Assembly (NCBI GenBank): GCA_039679675.1
Contig: JBDKUN010000050.1
Coordinates: 1 to 64,000 of the forward strand
From: Armatimonadota bacterium
GTDB taxonomy: Bacteria > Armatimonadota > UBA5829 > DTLH01
Reading direction: 5' to 3'
Length of the DNA stretch: 64,000 bases
Part shown: positions 57,789 through 64,000 of the stretch, piece after piece
How the letters are laid out: each line of letters opens with the position of its first letter
How positions within the stretch are numbered: position 1 is the first letter of the stretch
Position numbers and translations under genes: made by a program
Notes under the pieces: generated by a model
Told to the model about the DNA's origin: nothing
Database searches by the model: none
Seen by the model: only the letters and a program-made list of their open reading frames with translations

Positions 57789-57812
57789 GGCGAAACCTCT
57801 AGTGCAATACTA

Positions 57813-58412
57813 CTATGGCGATAATTCGTATGGGATATAGGTATTCGAATTCGGCTGCAGCTTCAGATAAAGCGTATTTCTAGGCTCCACTGTTCCCTTT
57901 TTATAATAAATAGTATGTCCATCCGCCTGTTTGCCCGTCGAAATGAACTCTGTCTGGTCTCCCTGCTCAGGCACGCCCGCCTGGATGATGTAATCCATAC
58001 CGTTCAGCGTGAACATAGCCGGAACATCCACTTTCTCATAACCACTTGACGGAACCTGTGCGTCTTGTGGAACCACCACCACACTTCGAGGTGCGGTAGT
58101 ATTCGCTTGTGGAGGTTCTTCGTAAATATAGACAGGCTTTACCCGAACGATCTCCCTTATACGCTCTTGATCTCGAATTACAACTTTACTGCCCTGGCTC
58201 TCAGATGGCTGCTGAGTTTGCTGAGGTTGCTGCGGCATTGGCTGTGGTTTAGGCTTCTCCGCTGCCTGTTCTCGCTGCGTGCGCTCTCTTTGTGCCTCTT
58301 CAAGGGAATTTGTGGTAACGGACCAGATAATGAAGAACAGTACTATCGCCAAAATAGCAGCTATCGCAACCCATACCCAGGGATCGGTGCGCCGTCTTCT
58401 GTTAACTTCCAT
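57813..58412 (-). CDS. Hypothetical membrane-anchored protein with Q/P-rich linker
   Basis: N-terminal TM, PQPMPQQPQQTQQP linker; SD GGGAGG. Confidence 0.7.
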   Translation of the reverse strand: MEVNRRRRTDPWVWVAIAAILAIVLFFIIWSVTTNSLEEAQRERTQREQAAEKPKPQPMPQQPQQTQQPSESQGSKVVIRDQERIREIVRVKPVYIYEEPPQANTTAPRSVVVVPQDAQVPSSGYEKVDVPAMFTLNGMDYIIQAGVPEQGDQTEFISTGKQADGHTIYYKKGTVEPRNTLYLKLQPNSNTYIPYELSP

Positions 58413-58453
58413 TGGAATAACCCTCCCATATTCAACACAGCCCCTTTATGCCT

Positions 58454-58479
58454 TTACCCCAAGGGTACAGCCAAAAAAC
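58454..58479 (-). promoter_or_regulatory. SigB/SigF-type promoter
   Basis: GTTT-N16-GGGTAA, 41 nt upstream of ATG 58412. Confidence 0.5.
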
Positions 58480-58543
58480 CGGTCGATGAGAGAGAGAAAT
58501 TGTCTGGGAGATTACATTCTGAATGAGCCGGGGATGGTTCGAT

Positions 58544-59272
58544 CTAAACTGAACGCGCTGCGGATATAGCTTCGGGGAGGACTACGGAACCTACATAGAG
58601 CGCTTTTCCGAGGATTACGCCTTCAAGCCCTTTGTTTTTCAACGGGCGAAGACGTTTTATGTCTGCAATACTTCCGACTCCGCCTGATGCTATTACAGGA
58701 ATGTCCACTGCTGAGACCATCTTCTCTACGGCAAACGCATTAACGCCGCTCAACATACCATCTCTGGAAATATCGGTGAAAATTATACGTTTAGCTCCCA
58801 GAGCGGCCATTCGCCTGGCGAAATCCACTGCGCGCTCTTCAGTCCGGGCCTGCCAACCCCGCACGGCCACATAACCGTTCAGCGCGTCGACGCCGAGTAT
58901 CACCCGCTCACCAAGCTCATCGAACATCGTTTTTGCCGTTTCGCTGTCGAGTGCGGCGGATGTGCCGACTATTACCCGTTCCACACCGACATCCAGCACC
59001 TGCTTCGCCTTGTTAATAGACCTCATCCCGCCGCCGACCTGCACCGGGATGTTCACTGTGTTTACTATGGCTTCCAGTACACTCATATTTTCGGGCGCGC
59101 CGGTCCGCGCACCGTCCAGATCGACCACATGAAGCCTCGTCGCACCCTGCTGTTCCCATTCCTTCGCCATATCGGCAGGACTGTCGGAAAAAACCGTCTC
59201 CTGATCAAACTGTCCCTGGACAAGACGGACACATTTTCCTCCGATTATATCGATTGCAGGTATGACTTCCAT
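58544..59272 (-). CDS. hisA: ProFAR isomerase
   Basis: IPAIDIIGGKCVRL, HVVDLDGA, QVGGG, TDISRDG, ASGGV. Confidence 0.96.
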   Translation of the reverse strand: MEVIPAIDIIGGKCVRLVQGQFDQETVFSDSPADMAKEWEQQGATRLHVVDLDGARTGAPENMSVLEAIVNTVNIPVQVGGGMRSINKAKQVLDVGVERVIVGTSAALDSETAKTMFDELGERVILGVDALNGYVAVRGWQARTEERAVDFARRMAALGAKRIIFTDISRDGMLSGVNAFAVEKMVSAVDIPVIASGGVGSIADIKRLRPLKNKGLEGVILGKALYVGSVVLPEAISAARSV

Positions 59273-59287
59273 AACTCTATTCTCCTG

Positions 59288-59896
59288 TCAGATTGCGGCG
59301 AAATTTTCCAGTATTCTGAGACCTACGGCCCCGCTTTTTTCGGGGTGAAACTGGGTAGCGTAGATATTGTCTTTTCCTATGACGGAGCAGAACTCTACCG
59401 CGTAGTCCGTATAGGCTGATGCGGCATCTTTCGGCGGGTCGATGTAGTAAGAGTGGACGAAGTAAACGCTTGCGCCGTCCGGGACTCCTGCCAGAAGCGG
59501 GCACTCACCCGTTTTTCGGAGCGAATTCCAGCCCATGTGCGGCACTTTCAACCCGGATTTATCCGGCGGCGGGAACTTTACGACCTTGCCCGAAATGATG
59601 TCCAGCCCGTCGAAGACACCCTGTTCCTCACTTTGAGTGAGCAGAAGCTGCATGCCCAGGCATATCCCAAGAAACGGCTTTCCGGAGCCCGCATAATCCT
59701 TAACGGCATCTATCAGCTCTAGTCGTCCGAGGTTTTTCATCGCTGCGCCGAACGCTCCTACACCGGGAAGGACCAGCCTATCTGCGCTTCGGATCTCATC
59801 CGGGTCCTGAGTCAGTTCGGCGGCATGACCGACGCGTTCGAACGCCTTCTGCACACTTCGCAGGTTGCCCATGCCGTAATCAACTATCCTGATCAA
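59288..59896 (-). CDS. hisH: Imidazole glycerol phosphate synthase glutaminase subunit
   Basis: DYGMGNLRSV, LPGVG, GICLGMQ, PHMGWN, QFHPEKS. Confidence 0.97.
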   Translation of the reverse strand: MIRIVDYGMGNLRSVQKAFERVGHAAELTQDPDEIRSADRLVLPGVGAFGAAMKNLGRLELIDAVKDYAGSGKPFLGICLGMQLLLTQSEEQGVFDGLDIISGKVVKFPPPDKSGLKVPHMGWNSLRKTGECPLLAGVPDGASVYFVHSYYIDPPKDAASAYTDYAVEFCSVIGKDNIYATQFHPEKSGAVGLRILENFAAI

Positions 59897-60180
59897 TCTG
59901 CCGCTCCGGTAAAACTATAGACTACAAATAATTCTGCTTAACTTACAGTATAGCAGAGAGACAGGCTGTGGAAAAGCAAAATTTTCAGCAAAAATCACAG
60001 AAAGTATGTTGGGGACAAGACCAGAGGACGGACAGCCAGGCCCTTTTTGGGCCAAATGCCGGCAAGCCGCTGCGGAACGCTCGCTGCCCGCCCTCCGAAA
60101 AGACCTTTACCCGCGACTTGGGAAGCACAAACCAAGTCACCTCCGCTCATATCCACAGGCATCTGTCCGCCTCCGGCGGA

Positions 60181-60221
60181 CGCTTCGGCAGCTATCGCGC
60201 TTTCTTCGAAAGCGCTGTCGC
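60181..60221 (-). repeat. 41-bp repeat (family C), copy 2
   Basis: 40 of 41 identical to 41655-41695 in inverted orientation. Confidence 0.8.
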
Positions 60222-60335
60222 AGCAGCATCATCGTAGATGATGCGAGAGCAAGCAGCCCGAAGCAATCACCAGCAGAGATAGAAACGCCCGCACGAGTGA
60301 CGCCGCGCGCCTTAATCGCGTATAATAGCTGAAGT

Positions 60336-61064
60336 ATGGACAGCATTTATCTAAGCGTCGTGATCCCGGCGTACAATGAAGAAAGAACCCTGGACGGCAC
60401 AGTCCGAGAGATATGGGCGTATCTGCGTGACCTTGAGCTTACTTACGAAATACTGATCGTAAACGACGGCAGCCTGGATTCCACCAAAGATATTGCGGAA
60501 AAACTCTCGAATGAGCTGCCGTTCGTCCGCATGGTCGACTACTCTCCGAACCGGGGCAAAGGCTCCGCCGTAAGGACCGGCATGCTGAAAGCGTCAGGGG
60601 AACGCATTCTATTTACGGACGCGGACCACGCGACCCCTATCCAGGAACTCCCCGCGTTTCTCTCCGCGCTCGACTCAGGTTTCGAGATCGCCATCGGCTC
60701 AAGGGCGGTAAGCGGCGCGGTCAGAGTCGTCCATCAGCCGTTTTACAGGGAGATCGGAGGAAGAGCGCTGAACCTTTTGATCAGAATGTTTGCCGTCCCG
60801 GGCATAAAAGATACCCAATGCGGTTTCAAGCTCTTTACGAGAGAAGCCGCGCGTTCGATCTTCTCCCGCTCGATCATCGACAGGTTCAGTTTCGATGTGG
60901 AAGCGCTCTACCTCGCGAGGTGTTCAGGATACAAAATTGCCGAGTTGCCAGTCCACTGGTCGGACCGCGCCAACTCCCGCGTGAACCCGCTCTGGGACGG
61001 GCTGAAGATGCTCTCGGACATAGCCAAAATCAGGTTTCACCGCTACAAGAGGTATACAGAGTGA
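60336..61064 (+). CDS. GT2 polyprenyl/dolichyl-phosphate glycosyltransferase
   Basis: SVVIPAYNE, VNDGS, NRGKG, FTDAD, DTQCGFK, FDVE. Confidence 0.9.
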   Translation: MDSIYLSVVIPAYNEERTLDGTVREIWAYLRDLELTYEILIVNDGSLDSTKDIAEKLSNELPFVRMVDYSPNRGKGSAVRTGMLKASGERILFTDADHATPIQELPAFLSALDSGFEIAIGSRAVSGAVRVVHQPFYREIGGRALNLLIRMFAVPGIKDTQCGFKLFTREAARSIFSRSIIDRFSFDVEALYLARCSGYKIAELPVHWSDRANSRVNPLWDGLKMLSDIAKIRFHRYKRYTE

Positions 61065-61900
61065 TCGGTTACATCGCAGGAGCGGCAGCAGGGCTATTGG
61101 CGGCATACTCTATATTCATCGAGCGAAAAGCCCTGGGACTGACGAAGCTCGAACTGAACTACAGCAGCCTTCCAAAGCCGTTCGACGGTTTCACCATCCT
61201 CCATCTCTCCGACCTGCACATCGCTCACTGGTGGGCAGTCGAACGGAAGATGGAAGAGATAGTGCGCGGGCTCGATGCGGACCTGCTCGTGATAACCGGC
61301 GACATTGCCGTGAGCGCGAAAGGCGCACAACTGGTCAAAGAATTCCTCGGCCGCGTACGGCCGGGCCGCGAGACTTTCGCGGTCTACGGCAACACAGAGC
61401 ACAAAGGAGATTTCGGCAGACAGCGTAGAGAAGACCTAGTATGGGACGGGCTACGTTTGTTGACGAACGAGCATGTCCTCATCGAACGTGGAGGAGACAA
61501 TATTATCCTGGCCGGAGTGGACGACCCATTTGAGCGGTACGACGACCTGCCACGCGCGCTCGAAGACGCTCCCGATGATAAATTCAAGATACTTCTTGCA
61601 CATGCTCCGAGTGTGGCGGGCGATGCAGCAGACGCAGGTGTCGACCTGCTGCTTTCCGGCCATACGCACGGCGGCCAGATCAGGTTTCCGCTGATCGGAG
61701 CAGTGTATCCTCACATAAGAAAGTATAAACAGCTGGTTATCGGGCTCTTCGAAGGCCGGAGACTCAGCAAGATCCTGAAGCGTGACACCGGTGAAATGAG
61801 AGTCTACGTCAGCCGTGGAATAGGCATCAGCAACCTGCCCATGAGGTTCCTCTGCCCTCCCGAAATCGTCCGCATAACGCTCCGCCGCACGCGGGACTGA
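61061..61900 (+). CDS. Metallophosphoesterase (YkuE-like)
   Basis: HLSDLH, TGD, YGNTE, LAHAP, SGHTHGGQ, VSRGIG; GTGA overlap with the GT2 gene. Confidence 0.88.
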   Translation: MIGYIAGAAAGLLAAYSIFIERKALGLTKLELNYSSLPKPFDGFTILHLSDLHIAHWWAVERKMEEIVRGLDADLLVITGDIAVSAKGAQLVKEFLGRVRPGRETFAVYGNTEHKGDFGRQRREDLVWDGLRLLTNEHVLIERGGDNIILAGVDDPFERYDDLPRALEDAPDDKFKILLAHAPSVAGDAADAGVDLLLSGHTHGGQIRFPLIGAVYPHIRKYKQLVIGLFEGRRLSKILKRDTGEMRVYVSRGIGISNLPMRFLCPPEIVRITLRRTRD

Positions 61901-61925
61901 AGCCTGCACGAGGTAATGCCGATAA
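61898..61925 (+). promoter_or_regulatory. Sigma28 (FliA)-type promoter
   Basis: TGAA-N16-GCCGATAA with a perfect -10 element, 27 nt upstream of the CheY-like ATG. Confidence 0.6.
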
Positions 61926-61952
61926 TCCCATATAGGAATTGGAGGGCACCCT

Positions 61953-62327
61953 ATGGCAAAGAGGATTATGATAGTAGATGACAGTATGTACACCCGGCTA
62001 GAGTTGCGCAACCTGCTGCTTTCCCACGGATATGCCGTTGCGGGAGAAGCCTCGAACGGACGTGCTGCCGTGGAAATGTACGACCGAATCAAGCCCGACC
62101 TGACCATAGTGGACGCACAGATGCCCGACATGGACGGAGTATGCACCATCCGACAGATCCACCTGCTTGATCCGAACGCATTATTACTGGTCTGCGCAAG
62201 TTCCGGAGAGAGAGGAATCGCTATGGAGGCGATGAGCGCCGGTGCTGTCGATTTATGCGTCAAGCCCTTTGTAGAAAGAGCCGTCACAAGCACCATCCGC
62301 CGTGCCCTGGCTGGGATTGTCCGCTAG
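61953..62327 (+). CDS. CheY-like single-domain response regulator
   Basis: MAKRIMIVDDS...GEASNG...VDAQMPDMDG...VKPF. Confidence 0.85.
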   Translation: MAKRIMIVDDSMYTRLELRNLLLSHGYAVAGEASNGRAAVEMYDRIKPDLTIVDAQMPDMDGVCTIRQIHLLDPNALLLVCASSGERGIAMEAMSAGAVDLCVKPFVERAVTSTIRRALAGIVR

Positions 62328-62351
62328 GCCGCATTACCGGGCCTCTATACC

Positions 62352-63101
62352 TTAGGCAGCTTGCTCAAGTCCTGTCTCAGGTTGAGGAATTCTTCGCTTG
62401 TAGGCTCTGACCCATGTAGTCGGGTACCATACCAGCCTTTTACCCACGGCGAGCCTATGCCAGTGCGCCCGCCTGAAGTGACCTTGGACTTCAGTCGTCC
62501 GAGGTTTGGGTTCTCCCGGCTTTCGACGGATTATCCGCTTTTTCGGTCCGCTTGCAGACTGGAATGTATAGTATCCTGAAAGCGCCAGCTTTCTCTCAGG
62601 CCGCAGATTATGCCGGATTGCAAGCACATTCGGCGCAGTCACATACCCCGCAAGCCAGTAAAGCAGGTTTACGACTCTATTCTCCCCTTCCGGCAGAGTC
62701 TCGCCGGGAGTAAAGCTGAAATTATACCTCGGCAGCGCCGTGGCACGCCGTTCATCAAACCATACCCGGACTTTATAATGAAATTCACTGGTCACTGAGA
62801 CAAGTATGCCGCGTGCGCCCTCCCCTCGCTCGGTAGGAAGCTCCACAGGAGCATCGAACTGGATAAATACTGTGTCGAACGGCAATTGAAACTCCCGCTT
62901 CAGGTCTTCAGGCGCTTCGCCGTTCTCCACGAGACGCTCTGCCTCATCACTTCCGATTATGAAGAGCTCGGCGGAGCATATTTCCCGTTCTATTTCCGAA
63001 GTGTCTACTCCCATCAGCCCTGGAAGCGCCAATTCAGCGGATTCTTTTGCTTCTCTCAGCCTTTCGAGAAGCCTCTCAAACCATATAGTTCTTACTTGCA
63101 T
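62352..63101 (-). CDS. Hypothetical protein with basic C-terminal GHFRRAHW motif
   Basis: 249-aa ORF, SD AAGGAG, upstream TATAAT; LPFDTVFI and VQGHFRRAHWH motifs. Confidence 0.65.
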   Translation of the reverse strand: MQVRTIWFERLLERLREAKESAELALPGLMGVDTSEIEREICSAELFIIGSDEAERLVENGEAPEDLKREFQLPFDTVFIQFDAPVELPTERGEGARGILVSVTSEFHYKVRVWFDERRATALPRYNFSFTPGETLPEGENRVVNLLYWLAGYVTAPNVLAIRHNLRPERKLALSGYYTFQSASGPKKRIIRRKPGEPKPRTTEVQGHFRRAHWHRLAVGKRLVWYPTTWVRAYKRRIPQPETGLEQAA

Positions 63102-63316
63102 CTCCTTACCCGCTCTGTTCGTTGTCTGTTAATATTATACCCATATGTAGTGAACAGAATGGATTAGTGGAGAATCGTACTTCGGGACAACGAAACACGA
63201 GATACAGGAAATTTACAATTAGACAGATAAGTAAGTTTGCATAGGATACAATGAGCCGCCATCGGTTCAACGACATCATATTTAGTTTCAAATACTCTTG
63301 GGGGAAACAAATTATC

Positions 63317-63874
63317 ATGACAACCGCTGAATGGATTGCTTTAATGGTTGCAGGAATTAGTCTATTCGGAACTGTGTTTGTTGCGATCCTTAATATATCC
63401 ATCTTTCGAAAACAAGAATACATAAAGAACCACTTGAATATGGGGTTACTTGAATATCAAATCAAGTTTCCTAAGCGCCACGAAAAAGAACTCCAACTAG
63501 TTCCTACTATAGAAAAAATGGTAGAGGAACTATGGTACGACTTTAAACAGAACCGATTTGATGAGTCAAATAATCGGTATCTATACCTCGATATCCCCTT
63601 TTTCCTATCATGTAAGCGGCTATATCTACCTTCTAGCCTCGTAGATGCACTAGAAGAACTATCATTGTTAAATTTCCAAGGGCGTGTTTTGGAAAGGCAA
63701 CTAAATAATGCGGATATTAATACAATCGTTAAGCAGGATCTAGAAAAATCAGTCAATGAAACTGCTACCAAAATGGAAGCTGCATTTGATAATGTCAACA
63801 AGGAATTACGACACATACTTGGTTATCTGGATAATGTTAGCAAAACAAAGAAGTCTAGAAATCGTAAAAAGTAG
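63317..63874 (+). CDS. Hypothetical AT-rich protein with N-terminal TM helix
   Basis: MTTAEWIALMVAGISLFG...; GGGGG upstream. Confidence 0.6.
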   Translation: MTTAEWIALMVAGISLFGTVFVAILNISIFRKQEYIKNHLNMGLLEYQIKFPKRHEKELQLVPTIEKMVEELWYDFKQNRFDESNNRYLYLDIPFFLSCKRLYLPSSLVDALEELSLLNFQGRVLERQLNNADINTIVKQDLEKSVNETATKMEAAFDNVNKELRHILGYLDNVSKTKKSRNRKK

Positions 63875-64000
63875 ATGTTATGCTGTAGACTTCCACTATC
63901 TGTAGGATCCATGTTTCCAAACAAGAAAAGACTGCGACTGATGGCGGCCACTACACATATTGGTGGATGCCGATGGAAAAGCGGAAGCTGGCGCTTCCGC

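Noticed and set aside
59960..60160. Replication origin (DnaA-box-like TGTGGAAAA and ATATCCACA)
   Set aside because: Only two imperfect boxes, no AT-rich unwinding element and no dnaA nearby.

Overview
A 64-kb bacterial chromosome segment. An Armatimonadota-like origin is inferred from the DUF1559/H-X9-DG protein and two paralogous large secreted orphans; it is not proven. Core content: (1) a split complex I, with a nuoH-I-J-K-L-M-N operon under its own consensus sigma70 promoter and a convergent aspA-nuoB-nuoCD-nuoG-nuoI(2) operon running on into a GT-C glycosyltransferase, lipA and queG; nuoA, nuoE and nuoF are absent from the window; (2) a C1/folate methyl-branch cluster (fhs, metF, short metV, AcsE-like methyltransferase) near a PocR/AraC regulator and a 6S RNA; (3) a two-component cascade ending in a receiver-PAS-GAF-PP2C phosphatase; (4) housekeeping genes (pfkA, prfB with its +1 frameshift, hisA, hisH, HisJ-like PHP) and several AT-rich orphan inserts. 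Most notable observations: a promoter- and terminator-bounded, multi-hairpin ~240-nt transcript with an 11-codon ORF (5724-5997); a palindromic repeat inserted at the nuoB/nuoCD ATGA junction with an 8-bp duplication, forming a 59-aa ORF coupled at both ends; a NuoL with a 27-aa lateral-helix duplication plus two extra hydrophobic segments despite a single nuoM; four SigB/SigF-type promoter matches, one in front of the aspA-nuoBCDGI operon; and several dispersed palindromic repeat families. All calls are from reading the sequence; no searches were run.
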